Both the position numbers and the translations under genes were made by a program. A stretch of 64,000 bases of DNA from Mobula hypostoma (lineage: Eukaryota), in contig NC_086097.1 of assembly GCF_963921235.1 (NCBI RefSeq), forward strand, positions 208,694,001 to 208,758,000. Direction: 5' to 3'. This document shows, in pieces, positions 37,159 through 49,738 of the stretch (positions are counted from its first letter, which is position 1; the number at the start of each line of letters is the position of its first letter). The notes beneath the pieces are model-generated. The model saw only the letters and a program-made list of their open reading frames with translations. It made no database searches and was not told the origin of the DNA.

Positions 37159-37794
37159 GACGAGGACAATAAGGTTAAATCCAGTACAATGGAGAACAAA
37201 GAGCTGTTGTAGATCAATGAGAACAATTTGAAGGTAGAACATGAATTGTTTGGTTTAGTCTGACTGAATTGCCAGTGAGGGGGAATTGAGACAGTGAGGA
37301 GGAACTGAAACCTTTCACACGTGTTAAAAAATAATAGGTCAATCCTGCTACTCATTTGGAGGAAGTGTTCCATTCAGAGATGACTTTAAGTCAGTCAGGT
37401 ACAGGGGTGTTTTATAATATGGCGCTGAGGTAAGGCACCTGCTCCTGCATCTTATTTCTGGCCTCCAGGCTGCTTTCACAGGTTCAAAAATAGTTCAAAG
37501 GTTCAAAGGTTCATTTATTATAGAAGTATGTATGCAGTATATAACTTTGAGGTTCTTCTTCTTCAGATTGCCATGAAACCAAGAAAACCATGGAAGTAGT
37601 TCAAAGAAAAAGATCACTCCCCGCCCCCCGCATAAAGAGAACAAATCTCACAAGTGTTAACATGATCAAGCCCCTAGGCAGAACAAAATCGTGCAAGCTG
37701 GAACAAGATCATCGAACCCTAAAACCCCTGTAATAATTTTTGTGAACCTCCTTTGAACCCTGTTCATGATTACGGGCCCAAAACTGTATATTTT

Positions 37795-37795
<1 letters not shown>

Positions 37796-37825
<30 letters not shown>
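37796..37825. repeat. (TG)n(TA)n microsatellite
   Basis: Read directly from the sequence. Confidence 0.95.
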
Positions 37826-37842
37826 CGCATAAAGATACCAAT

Positions 37843-37989
37843 GGCTTCTCTGTGGATTGTCACCTTGTCGTGGTGGAGAAGCTTGTGTGGCCCTGTGATC
37901 CCGAGAGCAATGCTGTCTGGAGCTATGCTCCTGGTAGGGTCACCCATGGCAGTAAGGTCGAGGGTGAGGTCCCTGACAAAGAACAATCC
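37843..37989 (+). ncRNA. Predicted HDV-like ribozyme at the 5' end of an RTE-like element
   Basis: P1 GGCTTCTC/GAGAAGCT, P2 GGATTGT/ACAATCC, P3 CACC/GGTG, L3 TTGTCGT, J4/2 C at 37977. Confidence 0.75.
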
Positions 37990-38264
37990 AACCAAGACCT
38001 CAACGGTGGAACAGGCGGATGAAGTTACTTCGAACTCAACGGCTGTGAAAGCAGATGAAGGCTGCAACAAATCCATCAGCTCCAATTGTCGTGGTTTCCA
38101 TGCCATTGGAATCAGTTGGTTGATTTGTGAAGTGTCGTGTGCTTCTTGGAGTGCAACATCAAGTACACGTTAAACAAATACACGCACAGGTGTCTTCACT
38201 CTGTGGGCCACTTCTTCAGAACGAAGACCATCATCCTCGACCTCGAGGGATAGCCACGATAGCG
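37845..38264 (+). mobile_element. Short non-autonomous RTE-clade (Rex3/Expander/BovB-like 5' UTR) element with 8-bp TSD
   Basis: ACCAATGG at 37837-37844 and 38265-38272; CACCTTGTCGTGGTG...AGCTATG...GGTAGGGTCACCCATGGC resembles recalled RTE 5' UTRs; no ORF. Confidence 0.8.
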
Positions 38265-38454
38265 ACCAATGGAAGTACAGATATGGAATAAAACGTGCAT
38301 AAATACATTAAAAAAACAGCATGTATTTACAATGTAACAGCATTATAAAAAGTGTTTTAAAGTGGTTACAGCGCAAAACAGTGATTGAGGTAATAGATAG
38401 AAAGGGGTGGGAGAGCTAACTGGAATGGTTGATCAGGTTAATTGCCTGGGGGCA

Positions 38455-40088
38455 AGAAAATTTTCTGAAGAAATGCAAAAGAACCCTTAAAAAGGAAATC
38501 AAGAGGGCTAAAAGAAGACACAAGTTTGCGCTAGCAGACAAGTTGAAGGAAAATCCCAAGGGTGTCTACAGACATGTTAAGGGCAAAGAGATAGAAAGGG
38601 ACAAAATTGGTCCTCTGGAAAATCAGAGTGGTAAACTGTTTGTGGAGCTGAAAGAGATAGGGGAGATCTTAAATGGATTTTTTGCCTGACAATGTGCTCC
38701 TTTGGACCCAGTGGGAGGTTAGTGACGAAACTGCAGGGGCCCTAGCAGTGATATTTAAAATATCTTTAGCCATGAGTAAGATGCCAGAGGATTGGAGGAT
38801 AGCTAATGTTGTTTCATTGTTTAAGAAAGGCTCTATGAATAAGCCAGGAAATTAAAGAGCTGTAAATCTGAGTGGGGAAGTTATTGGAAGGTTATCCAGT
38901 TATGGAACTGGATATATTAGTATTTGTTTACATATGGACGGATTAAGGATAGTCAACTTTGTTTAGTGCATGTTAAATCATTTCTAACCAATCTTTCAGA
39001 GTTTTCTGAGGAATTTACCAGGAATGTTGATTGAGTCAAGACAGTGGATGTTCTCTACATGGATTTTTGCAAGGCCTTTGATGAGGTCCCACGTGGGAGG
39101 TTGGTCAAAAAGTTTCAGTCACTTGAGATTCAAGATGAGGTTGTAAATTGAAGTAGACATTAGCTTTGTGGAAGAAACTGGAAAGTAGTTGTAGATGGTT
39201 GCCTTTCTGACTGGAGGCCTGTTATTAGCGGTGTGCCGCAGCGATTGGTGCTGTATCCACAGTTGTTTATCATCTACATCAATGACCTGGTTGAAAAATT
39301 GGTAAAGAGGAAGACTATGAAAGATTGCATTAGGATCTAGACCAGCTGGTGAAATGGGCTGAAACTGGCAGATGGAATTTAATGCAGGCAAGTGTGAGGT
39401 GTTGCACACTGGAGGCCCAATCAAAATATATAGGTCTTACACATTGAGTGATAGGGCATTGAAGAGTGTGGTAGAACAGAGGGTTTTGGGAATACAGATC
39501 GATAGTTCCTTGAAGTGGCATCACAGATAGATAGGATAGTTGCTTAAGACATTGGTGAGGCCTAATTTGGAGTATTGTGTGCAATTTTAGTCAGCTAACT
39601 GCAGGAAAGAGATAAATGAGATCATAAGGTCAAAGAAAATTTTCAAGGATGTTACTGGGACTTGAGGACTTGAGTTAGAAGGAAAGGTTCAATAGGTTAA
39701 GATTTGTTTCCTAGAATAGAAGAATAAGGGCATATTTGATAAAGGTATACAAAATTATGAGGGGCATAGATAGGGTAAATGCAAGCAGCCTTCTTACACT
39801 GAGGTTGGGTGAGACTAGAACTAGAGGTCATGCGTTAAGGATGAAAGGTGAAATGTTTAAGGGGAACATGAGGTAGAACTTCTTAACTCAGAGAGTGGAG
39901 AATGTGCAAGTGGTGGATGCAGGGTCAATTTCAACATTTAAGAGAAATTTGGAGAAGTACATGTATGGGAGGGGTATGCAGGGCGATGGTCCAGGTGTAG
40001 GTTGGTGGGATGAGACAAATTAATAGTTCAACATGGACTAACGGGCCAAAAGGTTTGTCTCTGTGCTGCAGTGTTCTATGACTCTATG
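38455..40088 (+). mobile_element. Degenerate CR1 ORF2 fragment with internal deletions
   Basis: KKEIKRAKRRH, PEDWRIANVVSLFKKG; CTATGACTCTAT tail. Confidence 0.85.
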
Positions 40089-40094
40089 GGTCCC

Positions 40095-41140
40095 GGGACA
40101 AGGACAACAAAGAAGTTGTCATGGGAGGCAGAGAAGGGGCGTCAGGATTGCTTCGAGTCAGTGGACAGGACCCTCTTCAAAAACTTATTAGATGATCTGA
40201 ACAAATACGTCATAAGGATCATGGAGTTTATAAAAATAGTCGCAAATGAGTCGCAAATCATTCTGAGTCTTCCCCGACCAGAAGCCCTCGATGTTCAGAA
40301 GATCCGCAATCTGCTGAGGGCCAGATCAGGGGCGTTCTAGATTGATGACCAAGTAAAATACAGGAGGTTCAGGTATGACCTCCAGAAAGCCAGCTCACAT
40401 GTGAATTGGCAATTCTAGACCAAACCTGAATCACTGAAGGATGCTCGACAGCTGCAGCAGGCTCAAATGCGATTACTTCATACAAAGTGAAATCAAGTGT
40501 CATGGGTGACAACAACACACACAAAATGTTGGAGGAACTCAGCAGGCCAGGCAGATCTGTGGAAAAGAGTAAACAGTCGATGTTTTAGGCCGAGACCCTT
40601 CGTCAGGACTCCTGAGTATGAACTGTTCCCACAATCTATGACTCAGTTTCAAGGACTTTTTATCTTATGTTACTTTGGTTGTTTTTTTTTAGTTTATTTG
40701 TATTTACTGTGAATGCCTACAAGAAAAAGAATCTCAGGATTGTATATGGTGTTATAGATGTACTTTTATGATAAATTTACTTTGAACTTTGAATTTAGTA
40801 TTTTTTTGTCTTTGCACAGCTTGTTTTCTGTTGTTCCCTCCCTATCCAATCAGGCAGAAGATATAAAAGCCAGAAATCACGTACCAGCAGGCTTAAGGAC
40901 AGCTTCTGTCTCACTGCTATCAGACTTTTGAATGGACCTCTTGTATGATAAGATGGACTCTTGGCCTCACAACCTACGTTGTTATGATCTTGCACTTTCG
41001 TCATTTATCTGCACTGCACTTTTTCAGTAACTTTGCTGTTTATTGTCCATTGTTTGTTTTATCTTATTGTAGCTCAATGTAATGATTTGATCTGTATAAA
41101 CGGTAAGCAAGACGAGCTTTTCACTGTAACAATAATAAAC
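40095..41140 (+). mobile_element. Rex1/Babar fragments, with a PLE terminus at ~40513-40612 (decayed hammerhead, minus strand)
   Basis: QDCFESVD motif; Rex1 tails; reverse complement AGTC-CTGACGA-AGGGTCTCGGCCT-AAAA-CATC-GACTG. Confidence 0.72.
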
Positions 41141-42484
41141 TGGTGCCAATACTAATGCCATGTGCATCAGTATTCTCCTGTAGACCATTTTTCCAAAACT
41201 AGAACTGAGTCACCTTGTGTGACCTCATTCGATATAGGATATTATATATTACCCACTCAGTCAACCTTTGGAGCACACGAAGTGTCAACGTCTGTAATGG
41301 TGATTGGAAGCATCGCATGAAGTGTACCTTCACATTAGACTTATCTTGCCTACATCTGACAAACTTAATGAAGGATGTAGCAGCAGTAATAGACTTATTT
41401 TGTGGTATGTAAGTTAACGTTTGCAGGTTGGGTTGGGATGCCTATGATGGTTCAAACGCTTGCAGGTTACTGAAGTCCTGAGGAAGACTGTTAGGTCTAA
41501 GCCTTCATTGATGGCATTTACAGGTAGGGAGTGACAGAGTGGTGGTGATTTGATTGGTGATTGCATTGGGCCTTTCACCGACATTCAAGACAAATGTGAA
41601 CTCATTGATTTTCTGCATCTGTGTGTCTGGGCCTTGGGATCCTGGCATTCACTGTCACAGATATTCTCTCCCATTGCCACTTAGCAGAGTGGTTGGTCCC
41701 CTGTGATCATCTTCTCCACCTGAACTCCATTGTAGCATCCAGGAAAGCATACAACTCATTCTCCTATACTGTGTGGTGTCTTCTGCCAATGTATAAGCAT
41801 GGTTAAGCTCACTTCCCACACCTGCTGAGATCAGTGCCCCATCCCTCTAAGAGTTATAGGTTGTCATTATGAAATAGTGCTGGGGATATGGGTAGGACTA
41901 TTCGGATTTGAAGGAGCTGGAAGAAAGAATTTGCTCTGCTGCCAAGATTGGATGAAATTAAAGCAAGTCGATCACACACTATAATCTCTGTAGCTGCATT
42001 TCAGCGCTGTTCAAGTTAGTTGGATGCAAATCTTAATATGATTTAGGTCACCTATCAAGGTTTCTAAATCCAAATAAAAAATATATCTTATTGGAATAAG
42101 ATCCTGTATGAGGTTAAGGTACAGTAGTTTTTTGGCTTAAGTTTCTGGCCTGAGTATTTTTACTTTTGAACTTCCCTTACTACACTGTTGGCTCACTCCC
42201 TACCAGGAAGAGGAAATAAACAGCAAAGGTTTGTTACTCTGCTTGCTTGCATGTGGGTGAAGGGAGTCCATCATAACAATTCATTTATTGAAAGGGGATC
42301 TGTCCTCCTGACCCTCTAAAGGAGATTGTTTCACCAATCTGGATTGCCTCAGCATGTTTTTCATCAACTATTGGTTTGCTTTGGAAATGAGCAGATCATG
42401 GCAATTTCTCCACTTCAATCCCTGCTTAATTAAATGTGATTAACATTTACACATGAAGAGCCAACCAGAATCTGTTGACGCCAT

Positions 42485-43034
42485 ATTTGGTGGTTGTCCA
42501 CAATGTCCGACGATGACAGAAAACCTGTGGGGGAGAGTTTTTAAAGTGGAGAAGCTGTTGTACTGGGGCAGTTCCACTCTCTTGACCTCAGAAATCTGAG
42601 TCCAGTGACACAAACAAGTGTCACAAAAAAACTGGGGTCTTTGGTTGCAGTGGATGACCATGACGTCTTCTGTGCCTTGTCATGCCCTTTGCTTTCCACA
42701 GAGCATGCAGTACTGCCTTCCTGGCTGTTGTATCTCACTGTTGATCTCATCAGCCCAGTCTGCCAGAGCTCACTTTGCATGCTGGGACAGATATAATCCT
42801 AACACCGGGGTATGAGCCCGCCAGCTACCCTCACCTGGTTTAGCCTGCCTGTCAAAGTGGTGTAAAGAGTATGGCCTCTGTTGCATGTAAACAGCCACTT
42901 GGAGCCACAGATGAGAGCTGAGTGTCTGGTGGGGACCAAAGGTGAGTGAGCTGTCCCGGAACGAACACAACAAGCCCCATCACAGAGGTGCTATTCCACT
43001 CCCCCCCCCCCCCACGGACACCCCATACACTCCT
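42485..43034 (-). mobile_element. Short non-autonomous RTE-like element with decayed HDV-like fold
   Basis: Candidate TSD ACGCCAT (42478-42484, 43035-43041); GC-rich non-coding insert in AT-rich DNA. Confidence 0.6.
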
Positions 43035-43782
43035 ACGCCATGCTTACAGTTAGAGATAGGTCAATTCTTCCCTACCAGATACTCTTTACTTAGCAGTACA
43101 ATGCTACACCTTTATTTTTAAGAAATATATTTGCTTAATCAAAAAAAGTAGGGAAATAACTACAGATCTTCTCTTCTTTGTACCCTGCATGTTTTAAGTA
43201 CTCTATATGATCTGCAAAGTAAACTGACTTACAAGGAGATGGGTGAGTGATCAAAAGACACATTGATCAGCATGTTCTCGACAGGCTTTTGAGGTGATCC
43301 TCTAACTGCTTTGTTCCTGCAATGGAAGTTTCAAGATCGAGTGCCAAACCAAGGTTCAATGCTCCAAAGGCTCAATATAACATGATATAAACAAACTAAC
43401 TTTGAGATTTTATATTAGTACAAGTGTCAGATTTTGAACATATTGGCAAGTCAACTAGTCTAGATGCCTGAAAAACAGGAGTGCTTTTTTTGTCCTCTCT
43501 TTGTGATGTTTTTGCTGTAAAGGAGGACTGCAGAATGTAAACAGGGCTTTTCCACATTGTTGGCAATGAGTATTGAATCATGAATGTTTATAGTTTCACA
43601 TGGATCAAAGCTGTAATTCTATGCATTGGATGTCTATTATTATATATAGAATTAAGATCCATTCATAAAAAAACACTTCTGTGTGTGTTGCAAAACACTT
43701 CTGGCACAGACTTTTTACTGTAGATAAGGGATGATGCTGGTAAAGAGCCAAAATACCTATTTATATGTGACCAGTCTAATTG

Positions 43783-46368
43783 GATCTCAGCAGGCCTGGC
43801 TGCACCTGTAGAGGGAGATATTCATTCAATGTCTTAGGTGAGGAACCTTCAGCTAGACTGAAACATGGGGCGGGGGGAAATAGACAGTATAAAGAGTTGA
43901 GGGGAAGGTACGGAGCAAGAGCTGACAAGTGATAAGGGGATCCAGGTGAGGAGAGGCGAAAGGTGGATGGAAGATGGAAGAATCAGAAATAAAGAGGGAT
44001 TGGGAAATGATAGATGGAGGCAAAAAAATGGGGCAGATGAAAGAATCTACCATGACTGGAAAGTGAGCATGGAATCAAGTAAGGGAGGCGGGAATGGTGC
44101 ATGGTGGACAAACTGAGTGGATGCAGGAGGGGAATGAAACTGGGTGATGGGGGCTAGTGTAGGTGTAGTGTGGGGGTAGGAGCAACTGGGTACATCAGGA
44201 GGAGGGTGAAAAGGACAGGACAGAAGTTAGAGAGTTCCATATTTATGCTGTCAGGTTGAAAGCTATCAAAGCAGAACATGAGCTACTGTTCTTTTCGTTT
44301 GTATGTCGCCTTGCCCTGGCAGTGGAGGTGGCCGTGGACAGACAATTAAGGCAGGGAAATTAAAATGGCTACAAACCAGGATCTCCAAATGGTCATGGAG
44401 GATGGAGTGCAGGTGAAGTTAAGGCTGCTCAGCAAAGCAGTCCCCAAATCTGTACCAGGTATAGATGAGGCCGCATTGAGAACACTGAATACAATAATCA
44501 ATGTTGGAGAAGATGCATGTGAATCTCTGCCTCACCTGGAAAGGGCACTTAGATGGTGGTGAGGAAGGAGGTGCAGGAACAACAGCTATATCACCTATTG
44601 TTACAGGGGTAAGCACCTGGGATGGGGAGGTTGTGTGAACCAGGGAATCATGGAGAGACTGATCTCTGCAGATAGCAAAAAAGGGTAGGGAGGGCTAGAT
44701 ATGGCTGATGGTGAGGTTATGTTGTAGCTGGCAGTAATGTAAAGATTGATCTGCTGGACACACAGGCTTGTGGAGGAACCATGTAAGGACCAGGGAAACA
44801 CTGTCCCTGTTCTGTCATGGGAGACATTGTGTGAGAGCAGAAGTGTGGGAGACAGAGGAAACACAGGCGAGGGCTCCAGCTCAGTGAGAATGAAGCCCTG
44901 TTTCTGAAAAGGAACAACTTAGATGTCTTGGAGAGGATATTCAGGGATTCAAAGTACATTTATAAAGCCATAAGACTATAAGATATAGAAGCAGAATTAG
45001 ACCATTTGGACCATTAAGTCTGCTCCACCATTTCATCATGGCTGATCCAATTTTCCTCTCAGCTCCAATCTCCTGCTTTCTCCTTGTATCCCTTCATGCC
45101 CTGACCAGTCAAGAATCTATTAACCTCTGCCTTAAATAAAGACTTGGTCTCCACACCTGCCTGTGGCAAATAATTCCTTGAATTCATTACTCTCTGGCTA
45201 AAGAAATTCCACCACATTTCCATTCTAAAAGGACACCCTTCTAATCTGAGACAGCGTCCTCTGGTCTTGGACTCTCCCACCATAGGAAATATCCCCTCTA
45301 CATCCACTCTATCAAAGCCTTTCACCACTTGATTGGTCTCTATGAGGTCATCCCTCATTCTTCTGAATTCTAGTGAATACAGGCCCAGTTCTTCTGTAGC
45401 CTCTCTACTTCCTCAAAACTTCCTGCCCTCCAGCTATCTTCAAGTCGTCTGCAAACCTTGCAACAGTGCCATCAAAGCCATCAATTCCATCATCCAAATC
45501 ATTGACTTAGAATTGGTCCCAACACAGACCCCTGTGGAACACCCCTAGTCACTGGCAGCCAACCAAAAAAGGCTCCCTTTATTCCCTCTCTTTGCCTCTT
45601 ACTGCTTTATCCATGCTAGAATCTTTTCTGTGATACTATGGGCTCGTAGCTTGTTAAGCAGCCTCATGTGTGGTAGCTTGTCAAAGGCCTTCTGAAAATC
45701 CAAGTACACAACATCAACCGATTATACTTTGTCTATCCTGCTTGTTATTTTTTTTCAAAGAACTCGAACAGATTTGTCAGGCAAGATTTTCCCTTGAAGA
45801 AACCATGCTGACTACAGCCTATTTTATCATGTGCCTCCAAGTACCCTGGGACCTCATCCTTAATAATCGACTCCAGTATCTTCCCAACCTCTGAAGTCAG
45901 ACTAACTGGCCTATAGTTTTCTTTCTTCTATCTCTCTTCCTTCTTGAAAAGTGGAGTGACATTATAAAAATATGTCTGCAGTATATAGCCCTGAGATTTG
46001 TCTTTCCCACAGACAGCCACAAAACAAAGAAAACTGTGAAATCCGTTCAAAGAGAAACATCAAACCCCCAACACGTTAAGGAACAGAACAAATCACGCAA
46101 ACGGCAAAAAATGAGCAAAAAAAAACACAGAAATAACATCAAGACACAAAATCATCTTATGTGCTGGAGACAGTGAAACTGAGAGGCAGCAATGGCAAGG
46201 TGGGAGGAGACGTAGTCCAGTTAGCTGCGGGAGTCAATGGGTTCTTAGTGAACACCAGTGGGTAGGTTGTGTCCTCAGACGAAGGCAGAAAGATCAAGAA
46301 AGGGGACTGAGGTGTCAGAAATGGTCAAGCGAATATGAGGGCAGGGTAGGAATTGATAGCAAAGTTGT
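43783..46368 (-). mobile_element. Old degenerate Penelope-like element (GIY-YIG and RT remnants), interrupted at ~44941-46155 by a Rex1 tail and a CR1
   Basis: FQVRQRFTC...IDYCIQCSQCGLIY in ORF 44419-44616; 46160-46368 resembles the PLE RT C-terminal region. Confidence 0.75.
44967..45961 (-). mobile_element. CR1 fragment with internal deletions
   Basis: MRDDLIET...KTRG...FFSQRV; candidate TSD TTATAAA (44960-44966, 45962-45968). Confidence 0.85.
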
Positions 46369-46739
46369 CCTTTTGCATTTTGAGCAACACAAAGAAATAG
46401 ATTACATATTGAATAATTATTTCCTCATTACAAGTGAAAGCGGAGGAAATAACATCACGATGCAACACATCAGTAAATAAGTTCGTTTGTATAAATTTCT
46501 ATTGCTCTTTATCTAATTTATGAATTCATAATCCCAAGTAAGGTATTTGTAGGACTAAAGAAGTGAAGTGTAAGTTGTGAGTACTTTATGCTGTAAGCAC
46601 AGCGAGTGGCCAGAATCAAAACATTATTCATATAGATATTTTAGCTACTTATTTACCTCATCACGTGACAAAATAGCCCTCTTAGTCAATACTGTTTATT
46701 TTTCCTGCATAGTAATTTCAAAGACAGATAAAATACCGC

Positions 46740-48130
46740 AAACTTCTACAATGGAGAGCATTCTAACTGGCTGCTTCACCATCTGGTATGAAGGAACTAC
46801 TGCACAAGAGTAGAAAAATCTGCGCAAATTTATAAACTCAGCCAGCTTCATTATGGGCACTAGTCTCCCCAGTACTGAGGACACCTTCAAAAGGTGATGC
46901 TTCAAGTAAGTGGCATGCATTATTAAGGACCCACAGCATCCAGGACAAACTTACTGCTGCCACCAAAGAGCAGCCTGAAAACATACATTCTATGTTTCAG
47001 GAACAGCTTCTTCCCCTTCACCATCAGATTTATGAATGGGCAATGAATCCACGAATCCACACAAAAGTTGCTGGAGGAACACAACAGGTCAGGCAGCATC
47101 TATGGAAATGAATAAACAGTTGACATTTCAGGCCGAGACTCTTCATCAGGACTGGAAAGGAAGGGAGATGGTACCAGAGTGTGAAGGGGGGAAGTGGAAG
47201 GAAGACATGCTAGAAAGTGATAGCTGAAACCAGGTGGGTGGGGGAAGAGGGACGAAATAAGAAGCTGGGTTGTGATAGGTGGAAAAGAAAAAGGGCTAGA
47301 GAAAAAGCAATATGATTGGAGATGAGAGTGGACAATGGAAGAAAGGGAAGGAGGAGGGGCACCAGGTGGAGGTGATTGGCAGGTGAGGAGAGGAGCTAAG
47401 AGTCCAGAGTGGGGAATAGAAGACGAGGGAAAGAGGAGGCAATTACAATTACTGGAAGGAGAAATTAATGTTCATGCCATCAGATCGGAGGCTACCAAAA
47501 TAGAATATGAGGTGTTGCTCCTCCACCCCCTGAGATTGGCTTCATTGTGGCATTAGAAGAGGCCATGGACCAACATGTCGGACCACCGATGGGGATAGGA
47601 ATTTAAATAGCTGGCCACTGCTTTTTGTGAATGGAGTGCTCGACAAGATGGTCCTCCAATTTATATTGGGTCTCACCAGTGTAGAGGAGCTGCACTAGGA
47701 GCACCGGATACATAGATGACCACAACGGATTCGCTGGTGACTTGTTGACTCACCTGGAAGGATTATTTGGAGCCCTGAAAGGAGGTGAGGGAGGAGGTGA
47801 ATGGGCAGGTGTGTGTGCCAGGAGGGAGATTAGTGGGAGGGGACGAATGGACAGGGGAATCATGAAGGGAGCAATCCCTGCAGAAAGTGGTGAGAGTGGG
47901 GGGAGGTAAAGATGTGCTTGATGGTAGGATCCCTTTGCAGATTGCAGAGGGTACATGTACTCTACCTCACATTTTTTTTCTTTTTAAAATCTCTTTTTGC
48001 ACTACTTATTTAATTGAATTTTGAATATATATTTCTTATTGTAATTCATAGTTTTTTATTATTATGTATTGCAACATACAAATAAAAAAAAATCATGATA
48101 TACGCCAGTGATACTAAAACTAATTCTGAA
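46740..48130 (+). mobile_element. Rex1/Babar 3' fragment split by a PLE
   Basis: ESILTGCFTIWY; the 3' UTR resumes at ~47955 (CTACCTCAC...). Confidence 0.78.
47056..47953 (-). mobile_element. 5'-truncated Penelope-like element with GIY-YIG remnant and hammerhead at 47117-47154
   Basis: Minus strand LYTGETQYKLEDHLVEH near 47640-47690; CAGTC-CTGATGA-AGAGTCTCGGCCT-GAAA-TGTC-AACTG. Confidence 0.85.
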
Positions 48131-48959
48131 ATAGGTTATGCTCCATTGATTGAACTGATCGGTGCTACACAACTCCAGGAGATCTAAAAGCATTATTGTT
48201 TAAGATTAAATTAGTTCCTTTTGGAAATCCAATCTTCATTCAGTTGAATCATTTTGCCTGTAATTAGGAAATAGTTAAAATACTAATGTTTTTCTCAATG
48301 CTGTGAATTCATATTGGGAGTGATCTGAATAGTGATAAAGGAAATGTAAGGATTACTTCAATTGATTCAGAAGTTTAAACTTATGTACTGGTAGTAACTG
48401 AACAATATTGTCTCATCTGCCTCCATTGGAAATAGAGGGTGAGTTCAAAATGGAGCTTGCTTTGATCTTGCTATATGAAGCAAAACATTTCAGCACCTGC
48501 TTTGATTAATACCCACCATGATGTTTTTAATTTAATTACCCATTGACATTTATTTAAAAATCGGGCATTTATTGAACTACTGGTACACATTAATCCAGTT
48601 TGCAATGTCAATGTCAGCATGTTCACATATGAACATGGCACATATCTTTTGAAAAACAGACATAACAAATGTTTCAGGAGTAAAACATTTATTGAAGATA
48701 AATGAGTCAGGTTTCCAAACAGTTTCATAACAATACATTGGCTAACTGGGGCAATTTAATTTCAAAATATTTAATGACAAGGTATTTCTTTGTATATTTT
48801 TAAGCGTTTCAGTAGAAGGTTATTATCGTTAAGAACTGTCAATAATTCTTACTTAAGAAATACAGAAAATGTTCTGATGAAAGTATAGTAAGCATCCATT
48901 CTAATAGTAAAGCAGTCAACATCTTGAAGAGTATTTGGGAAGAGTTCAGATAAAGCAGG

Positions 48960-49090
48960 GGAGACCTGCTGAAGGGTCTCAGTTCGAAACGTTGACTGTA
49001 CTCTTTTCCATAGATGCTGCCTGGCCTGCTGAGTTCCTCCAGCATTTTGTGTGTGTTGCTTGGATTTCCAGCATCTGCAGATTTTCTTTT
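48960..49090 (+). mobile_element. PLE terminal fragment with mutated hammerhead
   Basis: CTGCTGA-AGGGTCTCAGTTC-GAAA-CGTT-GACTG plus the conserved tail. Confidence 0.8.
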
Positions 49091-49431
49091 TTATGGGATC
49101 CTTCTCGCTTTAACTATGGAGACTGGGTAACAATAATTACTTACATATGCTGACTTCTTGGAGAATTGCACTGATGGTGTAGCATACCTACATTTTAGAA
49201 ATTGTTTACACATATGGGGGATGGGAATATTATTGGATTACTATTTAGTCACCTGATTCACTTATGCTGTTTTATTTCTAAAGCTGGTGTCATATAATTA
49301 CCACTTGCTCATTTACTTTATTATATATTTATTTCTTTTCAAATTTTGCAAATCTGCAATGACCTTTCCTTTTCTTTAATTGCCATTTATTACTGTTTTT
49401 TTATGCCCAGTGAGGTTCATGTTTCTGTGCT

Positions 49432-49672
49432 GTGGCAGGCATAGTGGTTAGCAGGATGCTATTAAAACACAAGTGACCTGGGTTCAATTCTGTCACTGAC
49501 TATAAAGAGTTTGCATATTCTCCCTGTGGCTGCATGGGTTTTCTCCTGGTGTCATGGTCTCCTCCCATATTCCAACACCACATGAGTTAATTGGTTAATT
49601 GGTCATATGTGTAATTGGGGTGCGCAGGCTCATTGGGTTGGAAGAGCCTGTTACTTGTGTGGTATCTCTAGA
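49432..49672 (+). mobile_element. tRNA-derived V-domain SINE
   Basis: TAGTGGTTAGC head, B-box GGTTCAATTC (~49481), V-domain TTCTCCCTGTGGCTGCATGGGTTT. Confidence 0.7.
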
Positions 49673-49738
49673 TTTAAATCTAACACCATCACTCTACAAT
49701 AACACTGACAGATTTTATTTGAAATGACTCTAAAATTA

